A stretch of 63,644 bases of DNA, filler included, from Chiloscyllium plagiosum (taxonomy: Eukaryota): NCBI RefSeq assembly GCF_004010195.1. It is 3 parts of one record of this genome, joined end to end, with 100 filler letters (N's around TTAATTAATTAA, not from the genome) between each part and the next. Parts side by side here need not be neighbours in the genome. Positions count along the whole stretch, not along the records: positions 31,716 to 58,419 come from NC_057712.1; positions 58,520 to 63,644 come from NC_057712.1; 1 more part is not named here. One strand, given 5' to 3'. Every line of letters begins with the position of its first letter. Within the stretch, counting starts at the first letter, position 1. Below are positions 51,506 through 63,232 of this stretch, piece after piece. A program made the position numbers and the translations under genes. The notes below the pieces were generated by a model. That model had not been told where the DNA came from and searched no databases. It saw only the letters and a program-made list of their open reading frames with translations.

Positions 51506-52088
51506 GCAACTCTCCTAGATTGGTTACCAGTAGAACCAGGTTTACTGAGATTCATCTGCTGCAGAATCCATAGTGTCCCCTCGTTTAATCCTTATATTCC
51601 CGCCCAATAAACTTTGAACATGTAACTAAATTCTCAGTAAGTCATTTATCCATCAAACAGCCACACATATTCTTTCAATACAGACAGATAAGTACCTACA
51701 CACCATTAACATACATTAGGTATAGCTTATATGGAGAAATTACAATAACATTTACATTACAAGAAGTAAAACAGTAGCTGGTGTTTGGGGAAGGGAAATT
51801 CGCATTTTCACAAAGTGAAAGGCCTCTGTGACTGCTTTAAAACTGAGTCTAGTCAGCTTACATTGAAAGGAGCTTTGCACCAGAACTGAACCTCTTAAAG
51901 TTCATGGGCGAGTTTTCTGAACTTGGGTGAAGTGCTGTTAGTGTGGCAGAGATAAAAAGTACTCCATCCCTTAAGAACAGAATCCTTTCAAAATTTAAAT
52001 ATAAACAGATAAAGAATACAATGTCCATTCCTGAAATACCAGACCTTTCACGAGAGTAATGACATTGGAATCCAAATTCTAAGCAGCG

Positions 52089-52415
52089 ATGATTAGGGGG
52101 TTAGATAGGGTCGACAGTATGAACCTTTTCCCGCGTATTGAGTCGGGTATTACAAGGGGGCATAGCTTTAAATTAAGGGGGGGTAGATATAGGACTGATG
52201 TTAGGGGTAGGTTCTTCACTCAGCGAGTCGTTAGTTCATGGAATGCCCTGCCAGTAACAGTGGTGGACTCTCCCTCTTTATGGGCATTTAAGAGGGCATT
52301 GGATAGGTATATGGAGGATAGTGGGTTAGTGTAGTTTAGGTGGGCTTGGATCGGCGCAACATCGAGGGCCCAAGGGCCTGTACTGCGCTGTATTCTTCTA
52401 TGTTCTATGTTCTAT
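52089..52415 (+). mobile_element. Young CR1 3' end
   Basis: TRGHSFKLRGGRYRTDVRGRFFTQRVVSSWNALP and a (TTCTATG)n tail. Confidence 0.92.
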
Positions 52416-52582
52416 GTGATTAAAGCCTCTTTAAAGCAAATTTGGCTTTTTGTTTGTCTAAGATGTATGAAAGGAGTGAACAACCTGAAAGGATATATGG
52501 ATCATTTTCCCACTTGGTATTGAGAACACTGATTTCTGTTGGGTTGACAGAAACATTCTGCAATGAGCTTTAGGATTCCTCA

Positions 52583-52723
52583 AGGTAAAAACAATGACTG
52601 CAGATGCTGGAAACCAGATTCTGGATTAGTGGTGCTGGAAGAGCACAGCAGTTCAGGCAGCATCCAAGGAGCTTTGGATGCTGCCTGAACTGCTGTGCTC
52701 TTCCAGCACCACTAATCCAGAAT
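52583..52723. mobile_element. PLE family-1 perfect fold-back element with a 14-bp TSD
   Basis: 50-bp perfect inverted repeat (52618-52667 / 52674-52723); tttaggattcctca at 52569-52582 and 52723-52736. Confidence 0.85.
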
Positions 52724-54499
52724 TTAGGATTCCTCAGTACAAGTTAGGAGATCATTAGGAGATGTATTCCTAATCTCCTTTAGGCAATCCTGTTGGATTT
52801 GCCTGTGTATGAATTGTAGGAGAGATACTGGATCAAGTTCAACTGTGATGTCGTATATGTTAAAATAACTGCTGACAACCATAGCCAAAGTACCACCATG
52901 GACCATGATTGGCATAAGGTGCTGAACAAAGATGGACACCAAAGGAATTTTACCTCAGCAAGGCTGTGAATTTCCTTGTGATTCAAGAGGTTGTTAAAGC
53001 AAGGAGGAAATATCCACAGAGGCAAATGCTGCTTCTCTTTAACTCGGAATAGGTGTCGTGGGTGGGCAGGGCATTTGATTTACCCACTAGAATTCAAACT
53101 CCACCACAGGAGAGTAGGGAACCAGAGGAAGGTGTAGACTAAGTTGGAGGAACCTGATTTTAAAGACAGTATATCCTAATAATTTATTTAGCTTTGATTT
53201 CTAAACACATTTTTTAGTGGGAAACCACAGTTCTGTAGAGATTCTGCATTTCCCAAAGACATACAGCATTAGTTAATCTACATCGTGTTTGCTAACTATA
53301 TATGTGCATCATAAAAACACAGGAAGACAGATTCAAGAACTTCAACTCAACAGTGTCAATACCACATTTCAAACTCAGTTTATTTCTGTTGAACCATTAT
53401 TGTTTGTGCTGGCATCACATTGCTACTTCCCAATGACAACAGCAATGGCAATTCCACTGATCATTTGTCCAAATCCTGAGCTTAATCCTGAGAATGTAGT
53501 GGCAAATGGTTGAAATAGATTGGAACTTCTCAGGTTTACATCTATGCTACTTAGCAGGAGTGAAAACTGGCAACGCAAATGTCCTGCTGAGATTGTCCAA
53601 CAAGTCATAGAGCAATGGGAGAGTCCCTACTTTTAGGAAAGTGTAGGTTCAAGTCCTTCAGAGTTATGTCAGAATATGTTCAAATAGGTTGTCAGTTTCA
53701 AAAAAATTAAAATAAAACACTTGGGAAATAGAATGCAGGTCTTCTTAATTACTCATATGATTCTGTGTTTAGTAAGCCAGGAAGCTCACATGTACCCACA
53801 CTATATATCATACTCCACATCATAAAGTGCAATGGGTAATACAGAGGGATGGATCTGGCAGCCACATCATAAATGTCAAGGCAATAATGTAGATGTACTG
53901 GATAAACACATTAGACATGTGCAGCCTTTTCCCTACTGTGGGCTGAACCTTTTGACCTTTGAATCTAAAACAATATTAATTCAAACAAAACATGTTCAGG
54001 CTTTCCTATGAAAAATGTTCAAAATCACAAGTGGATTTTTTTGTCACCATTGTCACATGAATCATTCTCAAATCTGCAGCATTACGATTCTAAAGATAGA
54101 GGTAAAGTTAGACTCCCTGTTAGTGTCTGGACACCTGGGGTATACGCCTAGTCAGCCATTTACCGCTAAGCCTGTTCTAGCAGTTCTGGCTCGCAGTCTC
54201 TAACAAACATGTCTATATATCTTCCTGTTTCATTGGTGGAACAGATGGTTTCACTCTCTAGATAGGAAACGATCTGCTAGTCCCAGGATTCACTCCAACA
54301 TGCCTCTCCAGAGGATGACAGGTATAGACTCATTCAAAGAATATGTGCAATGCTATGTAAAACAGTATGTGCAGACTAAATTAGGACAGTTAAATGTATT
54401 TGGTTCAATTTGTGCTTTCAATAAGAAATGTTTCGTAATATTTTCAGCCTGACCAAAGTAATATTGTTTCCAGATTTCTTTCACATTCATATTTTTATA

Positions 54500-54830
54500 T
54501 CATTCAGGGATGAGTGTGTTGCTGGCTGGGCCAGCATTTATTGCCATCCCTGATTACCTGGAGGAAGTCAGCCACATTGCTATGGGTCTGGAGGTCAGAC
54601 CAGTTAAGGATGTCAGCTTCCTCCCCTCGAGGACATGAGTCAACCAGATGGGTCTTTTCTGACAATCAACAATGGTTTCATGGTTATTGTTAAGACTCTT
54701 AATTCCAGATTTTTGTTGAATTCAAATTTCTCCATCTGCTATGACAGGCTTTGAACCTGGGTCCCCAGAATATTACCTGGAATCTCTGGATTACCAATCC
54801 AATGTTGATACCACTAGGCCAATACCTCAC
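54500..54830 (-). mobile_element. tRNA-headed short element (head plus LINE tail)
   Basis: Minus-strand A-box TGGCCTAGTGG (54811-54821), B-box-like GGTTCAAAGCC (54747-54757), and tail GGGATGGCAATAAATGCTGGCCCAGCCAGC shared with the LINE family. Confidence 0.75.
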
Positions 54831-55684
54831 CCCCACCAATATCATTTAGATGTTGTATTCAGTTTTAATTTACGGCACCAAAAATAGGGAATCTCATCAT
54901 CAGAACCCAGTTCTGAGTCCAATACGACTTCTCCAGAATGGGACCTGGATCTGAGATGGAACTGTTCTGATCTAAGGATGCTAACCCAAGGCTAATTAAT
55001 TTCCCAACAAGAACAAAATTAAGTCAGTGCATCCAGTGATTTCATTGCATATGGGAACAAAACTAAAAAGTATCAAATTGGATCAATCAGCAGACAAAGC
55101 AATTTTTGCTACTTGTAGCAAAATTTGACCATTTGCTTTTTTTTGAAACGTGGATTACAGTCTCAAAGGTAAAATAAGTTCTGCCCATTTTCATTTTGTT
55201 CTACACAAGTACATTCCAAATATTGATGCAAAATATTAAATCCTTTTGTGTTTCATCCGTGGAACATTAACACAGCACAGATTACCTTCAAAGCAAAGTT
55301 TCCAAATGGAGTCTATGAATCTTCGCAGAAGGTTGTCTCATGAGATTTGCCCTTTAGTCCCAGACTCCGACAAAAGCTACTTTGTACTCACCTGATCTAA
55401 TCTTCCTGTGTTTTTATTTTTATAATATCTAACAAATAATTATAAATAACATGGTTCAATTGTCAAGTCAATCATGGATTTAAGTGACTAAATAGAAAAA
55501 TGCTGTGTTACATGCTTCAGACGTATCTTTAAAAATCATTAAAGCTGTTGTTCAGACATATTGTAAAACCATGTAGGAAATTAAATTAGATTGAAGTATG
55601 TTATAATTGTGGAGAAAATAATTCTTATAGTATTGGTTATTGGTTAGAAGGTGGGAGAAGGTGGGAACTGATACATCTTGCACA

Positions 55685-55780
55685 CACAAACAGAAATTAC
55701 TGGAGAAACTCAGCAGGTCTGGCCACATCTATGGAGAAAAAGCAGAGTTAACATTGAGTTCAGTGACCTTTCTTCAGAAC
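55685..55780 (-). mobile_element. Family-3 hammerhead-type repeat, degenerate
   Basis: Reverse complement GTTCTGAAGAAAGGTCACTGAACTCAATGTTAACTCTGC..GACCTGCTGAG. Confidence 0.55.
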
Positions 55781-57086
55781 AGTTTGAAATTGTGTCCCAG
55801 TACTTAGGCTTCATTTTTTGATGCTTGCATTCCAACTGTGTTTGCTGCTAATGAGACACTTACTCCATTGTCTGTTTCACTTGTGTGTTTCCTATATAAT
55901 TCTATATAATATCTCCTTGTTGTGGAAGTCAGATGTCAGATAGATTGAACTGGCTATTTCAGGTTTAATTTTCAAAAACTGTTGGGTTTTATTTGTTAAA
56001 GTATTCAGGAACTGCTCATATTGGATTTTTAATTCCTATATTGGCTGAATAAATATTTTTAAATGAACATTAATTTGATGAGTTTAATGACAATACACTA
56101 ACATTAAAAGTGTTTCTGCCTATCCTAGAGCAGTTGTTGATCACACACATCTTTCACTTCTGGGCCTGTTGGAATAGATTCAAAATCAAATGCTTGATGT
56201 TCCACCATGAAGGATACCCTGTGGGCAGCCTAAGCCAGTCCTTTATGTATGGACAACTAAGCTAGGAGTTGTATTGATGGGGATAAAACCATTGTTAATC
56301 TCAAATGTTGAAATTAATGCTCCAGTGCTCCCCAAATACTTGCTCACTTTAACCCTATTTCAAGACTTGAAAATTGTCACAACTTGTGTGACAATGTTAA
56401 TGCTCCCTGTTACTGCAGGAGCTGGATTTGTAAGACTTGGTCAAAACTCAAGATCTCAGATTTCACGACTTCAAAGTTAGATCCCAACCCTACTTTTTGT
56501 GCTGCACAGTTACAAATGCAATGTAATAAGACTGGGCCAAGACACCTTATTGGAGTGAGCAGAGAAAGTTCTACTGTACTTCAAATCATTTTTGTAATTG
56601 GACAGTAACAAATTTACTACCCATTTTTACATCAGCCTGAATTGCATTTCCATCAATTCCACCAGAAAAAAAACCGGCAAGGTATAAAACGGGTTGCTCA
56701 GAACAGTTAAAAGTACCCTAATCCCCAATGTGGTGTTGTTTTCTGGCTAGTTGTAGCCACAATTCAGAGTAATATTTTGTGTCTGCTGCTTGCTTTCTTA
56801 CTTTGTCAAGCTCTAATCTTCCCTTCACTGCATGTGACTATATTTCTTTCTCATTGATTGTTATTGTGAGGAACCAGCGTCTTTCATACATAAGCAGGAC
56901 AACAAAAACCATCTGAGTGCTAAAGCCAAAGTAGCACAAAGGTATTTCAACGAAAGACTGTGTTGAGTATAACCCAAGAACAGTGGAAATATAGCACAAA
57001 GTAAACTGCTGTTAAAATCTCAATCACCAACAGATTGATAGCAGTAAAGCAATTTTGTCTTTCTTGTCTACAGTTTAAATCTCTCG

Positions 57087-57325
57087 AAGGCAAAAGTGAA
57101 GACTGCAGGTCCTGGAGATTAAAGTCAAGATTAGAGTAGTGCTGGAAAAGCACAGCAGGTCAGGCAGCATCCGAGAAGCAGGGAAATCGATGTTTCTGGA
57201 AAAGCCCTTCATCAGGAATGAGCTGACTCCTGATGAAGGGCTTTTCCCTGAAACATTGATTTTCCTGCTCCTCGGATGCTGCCTGACCTGTGCTTTTCCA
57301 GCACTACTCTAATCTTGACTTTCTC
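57087..57325. mobile_element. PLE family-1 fold-back element with two oppositely oriented hammerhead cores
   Basis: TCATCAG at 57209-57215 (minus core) and CTGATGA..GAAAC at 57230-57254 (plus core), inside ~90-bp inverted arms. Confidence 0.82.
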
Positions 57326-57699
57326 AAATGAAGCCAAGGCTAAATTTGGGATGCTGTAAACTGTAAATATTTGCTCAACTTGACCCTATTTCAAGACTTG
57401 AAAATTGTCACAACTCTCCCAGTGCGAACAGGGGGCAAGGACCTGTTACTGCGGGAGCTGAATTTGTATGACTTGGTCAAAACTCCAGGGTGGCCGTTAA
57501 TCTCTCAGATTTCACAACTTCAAAATTATTTCAAACTTATTTCACACCATATCTTTTCATAATAGTGCTTACATTTAGGGAACTATGTGAATATCACCTT
57601 AACCAGTTTTGTACTTTGCTAAATGAAAAGCTGCTGATTGACTTAGTGCTCATATTTATGTACAGTATGAATTGTCGCTGGTTCAATTCCTGATCTCTG

Positions 57700-58335
57700 A
57701 ACATTAGAACATTATAGTACAGGAACAGGCTCTTCAGCCCACAATGTTATATTGAATATGATGTCAAGTTAAAATAATCCCTTTGGTCTGCCAATAGTCC
57801 ATATCCTTCCATTCCTTGCTTATGTATTTATGTAAAAGCCTCTTAAACATTCCTATTATATCTTCCTCCACCACTCTCCCTTTCAGCAAATTCCAGGCCC
57901 CAACTGGTAAAGATAAGAATGCCATATGCCGTCTTTGCAACCCTATCCACTTCTGTGACCACTTTCAAGGAGCTGTGGACTTGGACCTCCAAGATCTCAC
58001 TGCATGTTAATGGTCATACCATTTAACTGTTTATTTTCCCTTAACATTTGATCTCCTAAATCTCCTCACATTTACCTGGATTAAACTCCATGTGCCATTT
58101 CTCCATCCATATCTGCAACTGATCCATATCCCACTGTATCTTTTGCCAGCCTTACATATAACATAGAACATAGAACAATACAGCACAGAACAGGCCCTTT
58201 GGCCCACGAGGTTGTGCCAAACATTTGTCCTAGCTTAAGCACCCATCCATGTACCTATCCAATTGCCGCTTAAAAGTCACCAAAGATTCTGACTCTACCA
58301 CTCCCACAGGCAGCGCATTCCATGCCCCCACCACT
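57700..58335 (-). mobile_element. Two CR1 3' fragments
   Basis: Two AGAACAT-type tails (~57700 and ~58160) with CR1 3' UTR sequence. Confidence 0.7.
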
Positions 58336-58419
58336 CATTATTGGCCAGTTAACCTTCATATCTCATTTTTCCTCTGCGTATTTCCTTCTTAGTAATCCTC
58401 TGTTGCTCTTTAAAAGCTT

Positions 58420-58519
58420 NNNNNNNNNNNNNNNNNNNNNNNNNNNNNNNNNNNNNNNNNNNNTTAATTAATTAANNNNNNNNNNNNNNNNNNNNNNNNN
58501 NNNNNNNNNNNNNNNNNNN
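58420..58519. other. Assembly gap: 44 N + TTAATTAATTAA + 44 N
   Basis: Read directly. Confidence 0.97.
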
Positions 58520-59365
58520 GAGGGTTACCTCAGATTACAACAGGATCTTGACCAGATGGGCCAGTGGTCTGAGAAGTGGCAGATCGAGTTTAATTCAGAT
58601 AAATGCGAGGTGCTGCATTTTGGGAAAGCAAATCTTAGCAGGACTTATACACTTAATGGTAAGGTCCTAGGGAGTGTTGCTGAATAAAGCGACCTTGATG
58701 TGCAGGTTCATAGCTCCTTGAGAGTGGAGTCGCAGATAGATAGGATAGTGAAGAAGGCATTTGGTATGCTTTCCTTTATTGGTCAGAGTATTGAGTACAG
58801 GAGTTGGGAGGTCATGTTGTGGCTGTACAGGATATTGGTTAGGCCACTGTTGGAATATTGCGTGCAATTCTGGTCTCCTTCCTGTTGGAAAGATGTTGTG
58901 AAACTTGAAAGGGTTCAGAAAAGATTTACAAGGATGTTGCCAGGATTGGAGGATCTGAGCCACAGGGAGAAGCTGAACAGGCTGGGCCTGTTTTCCCTGA
59001 AGCGTCGGAGGCTGAGGGGTGACCTTAGAGGTTTACAAAATTATGAGGGGGGCATGGATAGGATAAATAGGCAAAGTCCTTTCCCTGAGGTCGGGGAGAG
59101 CATAGGTTTAGGGTGCGAGGGGAAAGATATAAAAGAGACCTAAGGGGCAACTTTTTCACGCAGAGGGTGGTACGTGTATGGAATGAGCTGCCAGAGGATG
59201 TGGTGGAGGCTGGTACAATTGCAAAATTTAAGAGACATTTGGATGGGTATATGAATAGGAAGGGTTTGGAGGGATATGGGACGGGTGCTGGCAGGTGGGA
59301 CGAGATTGGGTTGGGATATCTGGTCGGCATGTACATTTCTACGCTGTACATCTCTATGACTCTAT
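58520..59365 (+). mobile_element. CR1 3' portion
   Basis: LVRPLLEYCVQFWSP, FFTQRVVRVWNELP. Confidence 0.9.
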
Positions 59366-59479
59366 ATGGCTTAAGGGTGCAGCATCCAGCATGGACATTA
59401 TATAGAGTCATAGACATTCGGCTCAGTTAAACCCAGCAGACCATCATACAGGTCTTTTTAAAAAAAAACAAAGAATAAT

Positions 59480-60940
59480 ACAACATAGGAAGAGGCCCAC
59501 CAAACCTGCACCGATTCCTAATCTTAATTTACACCCTTTACTTATTGCCCATGTGAAGTTTCTACCCCTCTGGTTGCCTGCCATTCAAATGTATATCAAG
59601 ATACCCCTTAAACAATACTAATGTGCCGACTTCCACCATGTCCATTGGCAGTGCATTCTGCTTCTGTGTGAAAAAGTTTCCACACACTTCTCCCCTGAAC
59701 TCTCCCCCTTTTTGTTGTGAACCCCTCTTGTGGTTGATCTTTCCACCCTAGGAAAAAGCCTTTGACTATCCACCTATGCCTCATAGTTCTGCAGATCTCT
59801 ATCAGGTCGCCCCTCAACCTCTGTCTTTCCAGTGAATACAATCTGAGTTTATCCAACCTCTCCTCATATCTAAAATCCTCCAGACCAAGCAATATCCTGG
59901 TAAACCTTCTGAGCAAGCCCCCTCCAAAGCATCCACATTCTTCTGGTCGTCTAGTGACCAGAACTGCATGCAATATTCCAAATATGGACTAACTAAAACT
60001 TTATACAGCTGTACCATAACTTGCCATCTCTTACATTTGATACTCCAGCCAGTGAAGGCAAGTGTACTGTATGCCTATTCCACCTGTGTTGCCACTTTCA
60101 GGAGTCTGTGGACCTTTATGTCCATGCCTCAAGGATTTTGCCATTTTTTTTTTAGATTAGATTATTAGATTAGATTATTTACAGTGTGGAAACAGGCCCT
60201 TCGGCCCCACAAGTCCACACTTATTGTATCATTCACACCTAAATTTGATCTTCCAAAATGCATCACTTCTCATTTGTCCGAATTAAACCCATCTGCCATT
60301 TCTCTGCCCAAATCTGTAATCTACATCCTGTTGTATGTTTTGACAATCCTCTTCACTATCTGCACCTCCATCAATTTTAGTATCATCCCAGATCAGACCA
60401 CCTATATTTTCCTCAATATAATCTACATATAGTACAAACAACAAAATCCCAGCGGAACACCATTAGTTTCTCCATTCTGAAAAACACCCCTTCAGTGCTA
60501 CTCTCCGTATGACCAAGCTGGTTCCTTCTCCATCTAGCCAGCACATTCCGGATCCCATGAGACTCTTCCTTTTGTACTGGCCTGCCATGACGAACCTTAT
60601 CAAACATCTTGCTGAAAGCTTATGTAGACAACATCTACTGCCCTTCCCTCATCAATCAATCTTGTCACGTCCTCAAAAAGCTCAGTTGAGTTGGTGAGAC
60701 AAAATATTCCCCACACAAACCCATGCTGCCTGTCACGAGCAAGTCTTTTGATCCGAAATGTGAATAAATCTTATCTCTCGTATCTTCTCTTACGATTTCC
60801 CCACCACTGACCTGGATTATCTGTTTCCCTTCTTAAACAAAGGAACAACGTTGGTCGTTCTGTAACCTTGCCTGAGGCCAAAGAAGATGGACAGATATCT
60901 GTTAAGGCCCCAGCTATTTCCTCCCTTGCCTCCCATAGTA
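59480..60940 (-). mobile_element. Degenerate CR1 RT-to-3' portion with an HE1 tail fragment (60152-60220)
   Basis: FDKVRH, YLEYCMQFWS, LRGDLIE. Confidence 0.8.
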
Positions 60941-62342
60941 AAAATTATTTACTATTACAAGAGGCATGGCAAGAATGCTCCTAACAAATGGTTAGTCAGA
61001 ACTGCTTATCTGTCCTCTCCTACTCGAGGTTTGAAAATTCCTCCAATGTTTTCCCAGTGACTTGCATCAATCCCTGCAGGGCAACCTGTAAGCTCTCTAA
61101 TATTTCCGGCTGGAAGTTGTAAACTATCTTAGCCTATTCCTGCCATTTAAATGAATCAGGCAGAATTCCTGGGCATTGCACACTTTCATCTCACGTAATT
61201 TGCAGATGAGATTTTTTTCATTGATGACTTGTGCTTAATGATGAGTTACAGCACTGCTTCCTGCTCCTATATGTTTCTAGCTAGATCTTTGAAAAATGAA
61301 GAAGATTTTCAAACATTAACGTTCTTTCAGTGATTTAGTTTTGTGATCTGTTTCACTTTTTTTCTTTTATATGCAGAATTTTAACATTTACAAACGGATT
61401 TTTATGGATATTATAAACATGCCAGATAAAAATACTGCAGACTCATATAGGACATGGGCTGATCTTCGCGATGTACTCTTCAATCTGGTTAGTGCAGCAT
61501 AAACTGAATTATGTATATGAGAAAAACAATATTGAAACGAATTGTGATTTATACCAACATCTGGATGTCAGAGAGTGTTGCATCATTGTTCTTTATTCTT
61601 GGAACTAGATAGGAATCCAGACAATCAGAATAAAAATTGTTTCAATCTGTCAATTTTTGAAAAGGTATGAATTTAAGCAGTTTCAAGTATTCTTTGAATA
61701 TAAATCCAGAGTATTTATATTCAGCGTGAAATAGTTTCGACACTGAAACTATTTCAGAACAAATATGCTTCATCTTTTTTATACAAAAAGATGAGATCAT
61801 TTTGATCTCCTCATAAAAAGAAAAATGCAATGACTTCTGCATAATATGATTGTCTTGATTCTGATTCAGCTATCTTGACTTCTGTTTGAGCCCAGATGAC
61901 AGCCTCCTCACATTTTGCCGTAATGGTAAATAAACAATATTCTCAACCCTGGTACAGTTCATACTGTGACACTACCAAAGGATAATTTATTCTTTAAATA
62001 TAACATTGGTTCAATAAGTTACAAAAGTTTAATAATTTTGATTATACTGGTTTTGCAGTAATAATGTTGTACCTATTATTTTTCTGGTTGTTCTGGATGA
62101 AGTTTTTGCATATTGTCACTAACAACTGTCCTGCAAAGTGTATAATTTTCTCTTGAAACTAGAGATTTGGCCTTTGTCAGTAAGATTTGTGTGTTAAGGA
62201 TAGTCTCAGCTCATCCACATGTCCACATTCTCTAGAAGAAAGAGGGATAGGTTGGTTGGAAGAAAGTAACATGGAAAAGAATTGATACTCAGTTCTTTTT
62301 TTTTAGCTGTAAATTTCATGTCAACTCTTTTCTGACTTTGTT

Positions 62343-63060
62343 TTATTCATTTGTGGGAATTGGGTGGCACTGGCTGGCCAGTATTGAAAGCCCATCCCTA
62401 TTTGCCCTTGAGGAGGTGGTGGTGCGCTGCCTCCTTGAAGCACTGCAGCCCAATTGCTGTCGGTTGAACCACAATGCTGATAGGGAGGGAATTCCAGGAT
62501 TTTGACCCAGTGACTGTGAAGGAACATGGTATATTTCCAAGTCAGGCTGATGAGTGGCTTGGAGGGGAGCTTGCCTGTGGTGGTGTTTCCAAGTACCTGT
62601 TCCCCTTTCCTTCATGGGTTTGGAAGGTGCTGTCTAAAGATCTTTGGTGAATTTCTGCAATGCATCTTGTAGATAGTACACACTGCTGCTACTGAGCACT
62701 GGTGGTGGAGGGATTAAATGTTTGTAGATGTGTTGCCAATCAAGCAGGTTGCTTTGTCCTTGATGGTGTCAAGCTTCTTGAGTGCTGTTGGAGCTGTACC
62801 CATTCAGGCAAGGGAGAGTATTCCATCACACTCCTGACTTGTGCCTTGTAGGTGGTGGATAGGCTTTGGGGTGTCAGGAGGTGAGTTAATTGCCACAGTA
62901 TCCCGAGTCTCTGACCTGCTTTTGTAGCCACTGTTTCTATGTGATAGGTCCATTTGAGCTTCTGGTCAATGGTAATCCCAAGGATGTTGACAGTGGGGGA
63001 TTCAGTGATGGTAATACTTCTGAATGTCAAGGGACGGTGGTTAGGGTGTCTCTTATTAGT
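62343..63060 (-). mobile_element. 3' part of the tRNA-headed LINE family
   Basis: ITESPTVNILGITIDQKL..YKAQVRSVMEYSP and the same 3' UTR as 15517-16130. Confidence 0.85.
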
Positions 63061-63232
63061 CTCTTATTTTCTGCTATTTTTGTCAATTCTGGTCAGCTCC
63101 TCCCTCATGCCTCTGTATGCCTCTGGTCAGCTCCTCCCTTTATTCAATTGTAATACTGTTACATCTACTCCGACCTCTCAAATTGCAGAGTAAATTCAAT
63201 CATGTTATGGTCACCACCTCATAAGGGTTCAA

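Noticed and set aside
55100..55128. Small hairpin ttttgctac-tt-gtagcaaaa
   Set aside because: Short and AT-rich; plausible by chance.
61350..61420. Strong polypyrimidine-CAG acceptor-like site
   Set aside because: No RIM-like coding sequence or clear donor follows it.
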